NCBI GenBank assembly: GCA_900318355.1
Contig: ONKE01000050.1
Span: 19,701 to 83,700, forward strand
Source of the DNA: an uncultured Bacteroidales bacterium
GTDB taxonomy: Bacteria > Bacteroidota > Bacteroidia > Bacteroidales > UBA932
Direction of reading: 5' to 3'
DNA: 64,000 bases
This document shows, piece by piece, positions 46,938 through 54,936 of the stretch. The notes below the pieces were generated by a model. The model did no database searches. It saw only the letters and a program-made list of their open reading frames with translations, and was not told the origin of the DNA. The translations under genes were made by a program, and so were the position numbers. How positions within the stretch are numbered: the first letter of the stretch is position 1; the number at the start of each line of letters is the position of its first letter.

Positions 46938-49532
46938 ATGAAAAAGAAACTTCTTGCCGTCATCGTCGCCCTGATTGCATTCGCACTCCCGTCCGGCGCA
47001 GTATTCAAGGAAAAAGACCTTCCGCAGACCCTCTCGGTCCTGCATTTCGAGCTCCGTGGGTCATACCTTGACCTCCAGAAGATGTCCCAGGCCGCCGGGC
47101 GCAACGTCGAAGCGCAGCACCAGCGTCTCGTCCAGCTCATCGAAGACTGCAACGAGCTGTCGCTGATGCTCTATTCCCAGCAGCAGGACTTCACCTTCGA
47201 CCTAACATATGCCCTTGACGAGGTTACGCGCCAATACATCTCCTTCGGCCGCAACCGCATGCCCTACAACGAGATAATCACCCGGTTCGAAGTCGAAATC
47301 GACCGTTACGACAAGCTTGTCCAGACCTTGAAGAACCTCCCTCCGGCCCTCAAGCAGGAGGAAATCACAACGGTGAAAGTCATGGAGGGCGACTCCCTCG
47401 CCATAGAAGTGGCCGGAGTCGATTCGCTTCTTACCGTCCCCTCCTTCATCGAGGAAGTAAGCAACCCCTACATGCTGGACGAAGAAGGCCAGGCGCTCCG
47501 CGACAGCTGCCTCCGGTATGCCACGCAAATCCGCGACATCTATTGGGAAGCCCTAATGAGCGTGGACGAAGACAACCAGCACTACAAGGAAACTGACAAG
47601 CACCTCAAAGACGCCTACGACTACGCCCAGCAGCGCTACAGCCAGGTCCAGAAGAAGATATTCATCGACGGACAGACGCCTTATCACAAGATACTCAGGA
47701 ACTTCCGCTTCTTCCTCGACCGCGCTCTCAAGGACTGCCGCGACAAATACAGCACCACCTCCTACCGCCAGCGCATCGTCAGCGAATGGAGGGGCCCTAT
47801 GGTGGTCGGCTTCACCATCATCGTGCTGTTCTTCATCCTTGTCGCCGCCGCCTTGAGCAACATCCTCGTCCGGCTGCTCATGCGCCGCATCCCCTACCTG
47901 CAGAGCCAGTATTTCAAGGACCACAAGCTCCTGTTCATACTGCTGGCCTCGGTGGTGTTCTTCGCCATAGGCCTGATGGTCGCGACCTTCATGAGCAAGG
48001 ACAACAACTTCTTCGGCATGGCCGCTCCCCTGCTGGCCGAATTTGCATGGACTCTTGCCGCCATCTTCACCTCTCTGCTCATCCGTCTGCGGGGCGAAGA
48101 GACCAAGGCCGCCCTCGGTGCCTACAGCCCCATAATCCTAATGGGCCTGGTGATCATCACTTTCCGCATCCTGTTCGTTCCCAACAGCCTCATCAACATA
48201 GCCTTCCCTCCCATCCTGCTGCTGGTCAGCATCTGGCAGCTGGTTGAAAACATCACCCGCGGGAATGCCCTCCATGTCGAAGACCTGCGCTATTCTTGGA
48301 TTTCCCTCGTCGTCCTGGCCGTCTCGACCATAATTTCCGCCTTCGGCTACGTCATGATGGGACTGCTCCTCGTTATATGGTGGATCTTCCAGCTGACGCT
48401 TATCCAGACCATCTCGGCGGTGTTTTTCCTCCTCGACCGCTACGACGCCAAGACCATCTCCGAGCGCCGTCTCCGCTACAAGAAACGCCATCCCGGGATG
48501 CCTCTCAAGCACAAGGGCAGCTACATTGAAGTCACATGGGCCTACGACATGGTCCGCATGCTGCTGGTCCCTCTTGCCATAGCATGGTCCCTCCCCGCCT
48601 GCATCTTCATGGCGGCCGACGTCTTCGACCTGTCCGGAGTCTGCTCGGATTTCTTCTTCAAGTCGATAATCAGCTATGAAGACATCATCGACCTTTCCAT
48701 TTTCAAGGCCCTGATGACCGCCTCGCTGTTCTTCGTTTTCCGCTTCCTGAGCTATCTGTTCCGGGCGATCTACCGCGTAAACCGCATCAAGAAAGCCTCG
48801 GCCAACCTCCAGGAGGGCGTCGTCTTCAAGGAGACCGACATCAATTTCACCCTCTCGGACAATATAATCTCGCTGACCTGCTGGGCGCTCTTCGCGGTCA
48901 TAGCCTTCAAGATGCTCAGGATGCCGTCCAAGGCCATCACCATCATCTCCACTGGTCTTGCGACCGGTATCGGTTTCGCCCTCAAGGACGTGCTCAACAA
49001 CTTCTTCTACGGCATCCAGCTGATGAGCGGCCGCCTGAGGGTCGGCGACACCATCGAATGCGACGGCATCCGCGGCAAGGTGGACAGCATGAGCTACCAG
49101 AGCACGCAGATCGTGGCCAGCGACGGCTCCATAATAGCCTTCCCCAACAGCTCGCTCTTCGCCAAGAACTTCAAGAATCTGACCCGCAACCACGCCTACC
49201 AGCTCCTCAAGGTTCCCGTCGGCGTGAAATACGGCTCCGACATCGAGCAGGTGCGGAAGATGCTCGTCGACGCCGTCATGGGCCTGCAGAAGACCGACAA
49301 GTTCGGCTCCGACCTCATCCAGAGCAAGACCGGCGTCGTAGTCCGCATCGACGGATTCGGCGACAACAGCGTCGACCTTGTCGTCCAGCTCCACGTCATC
49401 GTCGAAGAATACTACTCCATGGCCGCCGCCGTCCGCGAGGTCGTCTACAACACTCTCAACGCCAACGGAATCGAAATCCCCTTCCCGCAGCGCGACGTAT
49501 ATATCAAAGAATTGAACAACAAGGAACTGTAA
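46938..49532 (+). CDS. large mechanosensitive ion channel family protein (MscS/MscK-like)
   Basis: 864 aa. Signal peptide plus periplasmic coiled-coil domain, about 10 TM helices, and MscS core (GFALKDVLNNFFYGIQLMSGRLRVGDTIECDGIRGKVDSMSYQSTQI). Confidence 0.85.
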   Translation: MKKKLLAVIVALIAFALPSGAVFKEKDLPQTLSVLHFELRGSYLDLQKMSQAAGRNVEAQHQRLVQLIEDCNELSLMLYSQQQDFTFDLTYALDEVTRQYISFGRNRMPYNEIITRFEVEIDRYDKLVQTLKNLPPALKQEEITTVKVMEGDSLAIEVAGVDSLLTVPSFIEEVSNPYMLDEEGQALRDSCLRYATQIRDIYWEALMSVDEDNQHYKETDKHLKDAYDYAQQRYSQVQKKIFIDGQTPYHKILRNFRFFLDRALKDCRDKYSTTSYRQRIVSEWRGPMVVGFTIIVLFFILVAAALSNILVRLLMRRIPYLQSQYFKDHKLLFILLASVVFFAIGLMVATFMSKDNNFFGMAAPLLAEFAWTLAAIFTSLLIRLRGEETKAALGAYSPIILMGLVIITFRILFVPNSLINIAFPPILLLVSIWQLVENITRGNALHVEDLRYSWISLVVLAVSTIISAFGYVMMGLLLVIWWIFQLTLIQTISAVFFLLDRYDAKTISERRLRYKKRHPGMPLKHKGSYIEVTWAYDMVRMLLVPLAIAWSLPACIFMAADVFDLSGVCSDFFFKSIISYEDIIDLSIFKALMTASLFFVFRFLSYLFRAIYRVNRIKKASANLQEGVVFKETDINFTLSDNIISLTCWALFAVIAFKMLRMPSKAITIISTGLATGIGFALKDVLNNFFYGIQLMSGRLRVGDTIECDGIRGKVDSMSYQSTQIVASDGSIIAFPNSSLFAKNFKNLTRNHAYQLLKVPVGVKYGSDIEQVRKMLVDAVMGLQKTDKFGSDLIQSKTGVVVRIDGFGDNSVDLVVQLHVIVEEYYSMAAAVREVVYNTLNANGIEIPFPQRDVYIKELNNKEL

Positions 49533-49541
49533 GGGTAAACG

Positions 49542-52073
49542 ATGCTGAGGCGTAAAATAATAGCCGTGATTCTGGCGGGGCTTATGGTCTGCATGTCGGC
49601 CCTGGCCCAGAGCACTAAGGTGAAGGGACGGGTTACGGACGCTGCAACCGGCGAGGGCATTCCCTTCGTCGCAGTCTATTACGAAGGGACGACCATAGGC
49701 ATATCCACCGACCTTGACGGCTATTACACCCTCGAAACCCGCGACCCTGCGGCAAAGGTCCTCTGCGCCTCAATATTGGGCTATGAGAGCCAGTCCAGGG
49801 CGGTCAAGCAGTTCTCTTTCCAGCAGTTCGACTTCGCCCTCAAGCCCATCCACGACGCGATCAACGCCAGCGTCGTGAAGCCTGACAACCGAAGGATGAA
49901 GCGCATCCTGCGGAAGATAGATGAAAACAGGGAGAAAAACGACCCCGAACGCAGCGAGGGATACGTGTGCGACATCTACAACAAGATGGAGATCGACATG
50001 ACCAACCCCGACGAGCAGTTCTTTTCCAAGGGGCTCCACAAGGCCGTGGACTTCGTCTTCCAATATGTCGACACATCCGTCATCTCCGGTCAGCCCTACC
50101 TGCCCGTCATGATATCGGAGAGCAAGGTCCGCAAATACCGCAGCGGCAATCCCGAATTCAACAAGGAGGTGATCCTGGCCAACCGCATATCCGGAATAGA
50201 CAGCGAAAACTTCGTCTCCCAGTTTACCGGCAGCCTCCACTTCAAAAACAACCCCTACAGCAACTTCATCAACCTCTTCGACGTGGAAATCCCCTCCCCG
50301 CTCTCCCCGGGCGGAGCCCTCTTCTACGACTACTACCTGATTGACAGCCTGCAGGTTGCGGGAAGGAAGACCTACTACATCCGCTACCATCCGGCGAAGA
50401 TGGTCTCGACGCCGGTCTTCGACGGCGAAATGCGGATCGACGCCGAGGAATACGCCCTTGTCAGTTTCCACGGGAAGCTGGCCAAGAAAATGAATATCAA
50501 CTGGGTGCGCGACTTCGCCCTGGACATTGAAAACCAGCGCCTTGAAAGCGGCCGATGGTTCCACAAAGACAGCTACTTCTACCTGGACTTCTCAACCACG
50601 CTGAGGGACTCGTCCAAGATCGTGTCCCTTATCGGCACCCGGACGCTCCACTACGAAACACCCGAGCTGAGAAAGCCCACCGATGATGAAGTAAACGTCT
50701 CCAACACCAAGGTGACGGTCAAAAGCGACGCAGTCGGCAAGGACGAAGCATTCTGGGAGGAGGCCAGGCCCTATCCGCTCTCGCAAAAGGAACAGGGCAT
50801 CTACAAGATGGTCGACGAAATCAAGGAGACTCCGCTCTACCGCGACGCCTACGCCCTTGCCAACATAATCATAAACGGCTACTGGGACTTCCCCAAAGCC
50901 AAGATAGGCATAGGCCAGATAATGAGGATCTTCAGCTTCAACAACCTGGAGGGCTTCCGACTAAGGATGGGCGTAAGGACGACGAAGGATTTCAGCGAAA
51001 AGGTCCGCCTGATGGCCTACGGGGCTTACGGCTTCAAGGACAAGCAGTTCAAGGGAGGCGCGGAGGTGGAATACTTGTTCCGCAAGGAGCCCTGGAGGAA
51101 ACTCACCTTCAGCGCGACCCACGACGCCCTTCAGCTCGGCCAGGGCACCAAGGCCCTCCAGAGCAACTTCTTCGGCTCAATCCTGGCAAAGGGCGGTCGC
51201 GAAAGGCTCAGCCCGGCCGGCACCATTTCGGTAACGTATGAACATGAGCTCCCGCCGTTTACCAACCTCTCATTCGCCGTGGAAGGCCGCAGGATATGGA
51301 GCAACGCCTTCGTTCCGATGGTCCTTCCGGACAACACGGTAGTTCCCTATGTAACCGCCACGCAGCTCCACCTGACCAGCCGCTTCGCATGGGAAGAGGC
51401 CGTGCTCAGGGGCAATTTTCTCCGCAATTTCGTCCACAGCGACTACCCCATAGTAAGCATCGACCTCATGGGCGCACTCAAAGGCGTCGGCAGCGACTAC
51501 AGCTACCTCAGGGCCGAACTCTCGACCAACTGGAAAGTCCGCATCCCACCCATCGGCGCATCGTGGATCAAGCTCAACGCCGGCAAGATCTTCGGCGCCG
51601 TACCCTACCCCTACCTCAAGCTCCACGAAGGCAACGCCTCGTGGTACCTCGACAAGACGGCATTCTCCACGATGAACTTCTACGAGTTCGCCTCCGACAC
51701 CTGGGCCACGGTCAACTGGGAACACAACTTCTTCGGCTTCTTCCTCGGCAAGATTCCCCTCCTGAAACGCCTGCAGTGGCGCGAATCCATCATGTTCAAA
51801 ATGGCCTGGGGCACCGTTTCCGACCGCAACAACGGTCAGATCGGAACTCCGCAGAGCCTCTCGGCGCCAATGCTGTTCCCCGCCAGCATGCAGTCGCTTG
51901 AAAAGCCCTACATCGAAGTCGGAGCCGGCATCAACAACATCTTCCGCATATTCCGCGTCGACGTCTACTGGCGCCTTACCCACCGCACCCGTCCGGGCGA
52001 AAACGGCGAGCAGGTCCCGCTCGACGGCAAGGACCTGCTGGCAATCAACGCGGGTTTCGATTTCCGCTTCTAG
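49542..52073 (+). CDS. carboxypeptidase-regulatory-like domain plus DUF5686-like outer-membrane protein
   Basis: Signal peptide. N-terminal VKGRVTDAATGEGIPFVAVYYEGTTIGISTDLDGYY. Long beta-rich C-terminal region ending ...GFDFRF (aromatic terminus typical of OM barrels). Confidence 0.7.
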   Translation: MLRRKIIAVILAGLMVCMSALAQSTKVKGRVTDAATGEGIPFVAVYYEGTTIGISTDLDGYYTLETRDPAAKVLCASILGYESQSRAVKQFSFQQFDFALKPIHDAINASVVKPDNRRMKRILRKIDENREKNDPERSEGYVCDIYNKMEIDMTNPDEQFFSKGLHKAVDFVFQYVDTSVISGQPYLPVMISESKVRKYRSGNPEFNKEVILANRISGIDSENFVSQFTGSLHFKNNPYSNFINLFDVEIPSPLSPGGALFYDYYLIDSLQVAGRKTYYIRYHPAKMVSTPVFDGEMRIDAEEYALVSFHGKLAKKMNINWVRDFALDIENQRLESGRWFHKDSYFYLDFSTTLRDSSKIVSLIGTRTLHYETPELRKPTDDEVNVSNTKVTVKSDAVGKDEAFWEEARPYPLSQKEQGIYKMVDEIKETPLYRDAYALANIIINGYWDFPKAKIGIGQIMRIFSFNNLEGFRLRMGVRTTKDFSEKVRLMAYGAYGFKDKQFKGGAEVEYLFRKEPWRKLTFSATHDALQLGQGTKALQSNFFGSILAKGGRERLSPAGTISVTYEHELPPFTNLSFAVEGRRIWSNAFVPMVLPDNTVVPYVTATQLHLTSRFAWEEAVLRGNFLRNFVHSDYPIVSIDLMGALKGVGSDYSYLRAELSTNWKVRIPPIGASWIKLNAGKIFGAVPYPYLKLHEGNASWYLDKTAFSTMNFYEFASDTWATVNWEHNFFGFFLGKIPLLKRLQWRESIMFKMAWGTVSDRNNGQIGTPQSLSAPMLFPASMQSLEKPYIEVGAGINNIFRIFRVDVYWRLTHRTRPGENGEQVPLDGKDLLAINAGFDFRF

Positions 52074-52867
52074 AACTTGAAAGTATATCCCAGGCCTATG
52101 GTGGTATTGAACGCCTGACTGTAGGTCAGGGACTTGAGCGTATCGTGTTCGGAGGAGACGTCGATATCCTTGTCGTAGCAGTAGTCCGCGAGCAGATACA
52201 GGGTAAGGACATGGTGACGGCTTACGTTCCAGTCGGCGCCGATGGAGCCGCGCAGACGGTTGAAATAGACGCTGGTATACCCCTCGAAGGAATAGTTGGA
52301 ATAAGCCAGGGAGGAAGTGCTCCACGTCGCGGAAGCCGAGGCGCCGTTGAGAAGAAGCCTCGCGTCAACGTAGGCATAAGGCTCAATTACCCGGGAGCCC
52401 TTGTACGCCACCTTGAGTCTCGATTTAAGATAGAGGACGTTTCTCGGCTCCTGACAGGTGTTTATCGGCTCGGTAAGATGCGTGGCCTGCAGCCGCTCGT
52501 TCAGGGAGAAGCGCCAGTCCCCCACTTTGTATCCGCCGGTAACGCTCAGGGTGACCCTGTGGCGCGGATACCATGTAGACTTGGAATCCTTGTAGTTTTC
52601 CATGAAAGTGTATGAGCCGCCGACCTTCAGGTAGGAATTGACCTTGTAGGAGATTCCTACCGTACCGGACAGACGCGAAGGAGTCGCAAAATTATCCTTG
52701 AAGCGGCTTTCGAATTCCGCCTCCAGGTGAAGTCCCTTCTTGATCTTCTTGTCGACGCCAAGGTTGATGCGCCCTCGAAAATCGGTGGTAAGGTCCTCCA
52801 CCGTGCCCTGGGCCGCCGCACCGAGAGGCAGCAGAAGGGTCAGCAGCAGTATCAGTCTTCTTTTCAT
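52070..52867 (-). CDS. outer-membrane beta-barrel protein (DUF2490-like)
   Basis: Signal peptide MKRRLILLLTLLLPLGAAAQ. Alternating beta-strand pattern. C-terminus ...IGLGYTFKF. ATGA overlap with the upstream gene. Confidence 0.55.
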   Translation of the reverse strand: MKRRLILLLTLLLPLGAAAQGTVEDLTTDFRGRINLGVDKKIKKGLHLEAEFESRFKDNFATPSRLSGTVGISYKVNSYLKVGGSYTFMENYKDSKSTWYPRHRVTLSVTGGYKVGDWRFSLNERLQATHLTEPINTCQEPRNVLYLKSRLKVAYKGSRVIEPYAYVDARLLLNGASASATWSTSSLAYSNYSFEGYTSVYFNRLRGSIGADWNVSRHHVLTLYLLADYCYDKDIDVSSEHDTLKSLTYSQAFNTTIGLGYTFKF

Positions 52868-53703
52868 CCTGCGTAATCTTTAGCTTTGAGAAGTTGGTCG
52901 ATGGTAGAGGTTTCGCCTTTCTGCAGCGAATAGGTGACCTTGACGAAGGCGGTGTCCTTGAGGAAATCGACGTGGCCGATTTCGACCGATTCCACGGGGA
53001 AACCGAGACGTTTTTCGAGGTCGGCGACAAGCTCGGCCCGCTTGTCGGGAGTGATGAGGTCGATGCGGTCGTAAAGCACCAGTTTGGTCGAGGAGTGGCT
53101 TATGAAGCGGCCGCATTCGAGAATCCAGATCAGTAGGATGACCAGCAGATTGGCAACCACCATGACCCCGACGCTGCCTCCAGAAAGGACATAGTGCGGA
53201 TTGCCGCTCGTCGCGCCGACGACGTGATAGACAGGTGCAAGGCCGTTCATGGCGGCAAGGGCGATGATGACGAACAGATAGGTCATCTCCCGGATAGGGA
53301 CTGTTTCCGTGCGGTAGCGGATGACTCCGAAAATGGCAAAGAGACCCAGCGTGAGGCCGACTCCGACCTCGGCGTTGCCCATCATGAAGAGAAGCATCAG
53401 CATGGCCGTGGAGAACACCATGAAGGTGAAATAGTAGTCGCGCCGGCGGCTCTTACGGTAGTAGAAGAAATGGACGATTATCCAGCAGACCAGAAGGTTG
53501 AGGAAAAAGCGGATAGCCAGCTCGCTGAAGCTCTGGGCTACGGTCATCTGTCCGTCGATAATTGTTTGGACATCAAGTATTTCCTCGTCGCCCAAATCGT
53601 AGGCGCCGAAATCGGCCGCGGAAGGAGTCTCCGAATCCTGTGCAAACGCCGGAGCACCCAGCATCATGGCGGCACAAATGAGCATCAATACACGTCTAAA
53701 CAT
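52864..53703 (-). CDS. DUF4956-like polytopic membrane protein
   Basis: ATG at 53703 (MFRRVLMLICAAMMLGAPAFA). Helices LLVCWIIVHFFYY, FTFMVFSTAMLMLLFMM, GLTLGLFAIFGVIRYR, YLFVIIALAAMNG, VMVVANLLVILLIWIL. The soluble C-terminal domain faces the VTC protein by context. Confidence 0.65.
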   Translation of the reverse strand: MFRRVLMLICAAMMLGAPAFAQDSETPSAADFGAYDLGDEEILDVQTIIDGQMTVAQSFSELAIRFFLNLLVCWIIVHFFYYRKSRRRDYYFTFMVFSTAMLMLLFMMGNAEVGVGLTLGLFAIFGVIRYRTETVPIREMTYLFVIIALAAMNGLAPVYHVVGATSGNPHYVLSGGSVGVMVVANLLVILLIWILECGRFISHSSTKLVLYDRIDLITPDKRAELVADLEKRLGFPVESVEIGHVDFLKDTAFVKVTYSLQKGETSTIDQLLKAKDYAG

Positions 53704-54502
53704 ATGCAAACAAAGGTTTTTTAATTGTCTTTTCAATGAGTCGGACCCTTTCGCGGAAGCGCCCCGCCTTGATGCCGGTTGCGGTAAGGGTCGTTCCTAT
53801 GCAATATTTGCTGACCCGGACAGCCTTGACGCGGTGGCGAAGAAGGATGGATTTCATCTGGCTGAAAGCCCTTCCGTCTTGCTTGAGCTCGATGATCACC
53901 GTGTCGGCGAGGCCGGTTCTGCGCCCGTTGCGCAGATTGACGAACTCCAGGCAGGTGTCTATCGTAAGCCTCTCGGTCTTGGCCGGATTGACCAGCGTGA
54001 TACGCCGGAAGATGGTCTCCAGGGCCGGGGTCAGCTGCGAAGCCGTGAAATCCGACTTCTCCGCGAGGAAATCGCAGGCCTCCGGCGAGGTGCGGAAATC
54101 GGAAAACAAGGCCGCAGGTATCTCAGTCCGCTTTTTCTTGGTGCGGCCCTTGTTGTTTTTCCGCTTGATTTCCAGGAAGGTCTGGCCCGAGAGCACGTAT
54201 TGCCTTGTCCTGACTTTCTGACGGACGGTCTTGCCCCGCTGATGGTCGACGAACATCTTGAGGGCGTCCGTATCGAAATAGACTGAATCATAGGGGCTTA
54301 CCTTGCTGCCTTCCACCACCATGGCCCTGTAGCCGCTCGCCGCGGCGTCGGCAAGGATGCCGCGAAGGGTGCGTTCGTCGGTCAGATACTTCGAGTCGAT
54401 GCGGTTCATCAGCTTGATCGAATCCATCTCCTCGAGGGTAATCGGACCGATGGCGGCAAGGCAAGCCTCGTCTTCAAAACGTATATGCTGAAAATCAGGC
54501 AT
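53696..54502 (-). CDS. VTC-domain (polyphosphate-polymerase-type triphosphate tunnel) protein, cytoplasmic
   Basis: 268 aa without a signal peptide. Alternating charged beta-strand motifs of tunnel metalloenzymes (NRIDSKYL, RQKVRTRQY, FLEIKRKNNKG, VIIELKQD). Confidence 0.75.
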   Translation of the reverse strand: MPDFQHIRFEDEACLAAIGPITLEEMDSIKLMNRIDSKYLTDERTLRGILADAAASGYRAMVVEGSKVSPYDSVYFDTDALKMFVDHQRGKTVRQKVRTRQYVLSGQTFLEIKRKNNKGRTKKKRTEIPAALFSDFRTSPEACDFLAEKSDFTASQLTPALETIFRRITLVNPAKTERLTIDTCLEFVNLRNGRRTGLADTVIIELKQDGRAFSQMKSILLRHRVKAVRVSKYCIGTTLTATGIKAGRFRERVRLIEKTIKKPLFAYV

Positions 54503-54920
54503 CTTCGGCTATATATTCGTAGGTCTTGATCGTCAGGAGCCGTCCCTTGGCGTCGTAGGTGGTCTGGATGCGCTTGCGGCCGAACTCGTTGAACTCGAAC
54601 TTCTTGATGTTCACCAGACGGTTGCGCTCGTCGTAGACCAGCTCGCGCGACATCTTGCCGTCGGGGCCGTATTCGTAACGCTTGCGCCATTTCTGGCCGT
54701 CGGAATTGTATTCTATCTCCTCGACCTTCTTTCCGTCGGAGTTGAAAGTGGTCACGTGGTCCAGCACCTGGGCATTGGACTTGGCGTCACGGTTCCATTC
54801 CTTGATTACAAGGTTCTTCTTATTGATCTTCGGAGTCGTCTCCTGGGCACCCGCCCGGGCGGGTGCCGCAAGGATCAACAACGCGGCAGAAAGAACTGCC
54901 AAAAGAGATTTCGTTTTCAT
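54495..54920 (-). CDS. small secreted protein built of YD/RHS-like hairpin repeats
   Basis: ATG at 54920 gives MKTKSLLAVLSAALLILAAPARAGAQ. Repeats such as FNSDGKKVEEIEYNSDGQKWRKRYEYGPDGKMSRELVYDERNRLV...TYDAKGRLLTIKTYEY. Confidence 0.55.
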   Translation of the reverse strand: MKTKSLLAVLSAALLILAAPARAGAQETTPKINKKNLVIKEWNRDAKSNAQVLDHVTTFNSDGKKVEEIEYNSDGQKWRKRYEYGPDGKMSRELVYDERNRLVNIKKFEFNEFGRKRIQTTYDAKGRLLTIKTYEYIAEDA

Positions 54921-54936
54921 GGCTGTCGAGTGCTTG

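Noticed and set aside
48138-49394. 418-aa minus-strand ORF.
   Set aside because: It is antisense to the MscS-family channel gene and has an acidic/Gly/Val-rich low-complexity translation.
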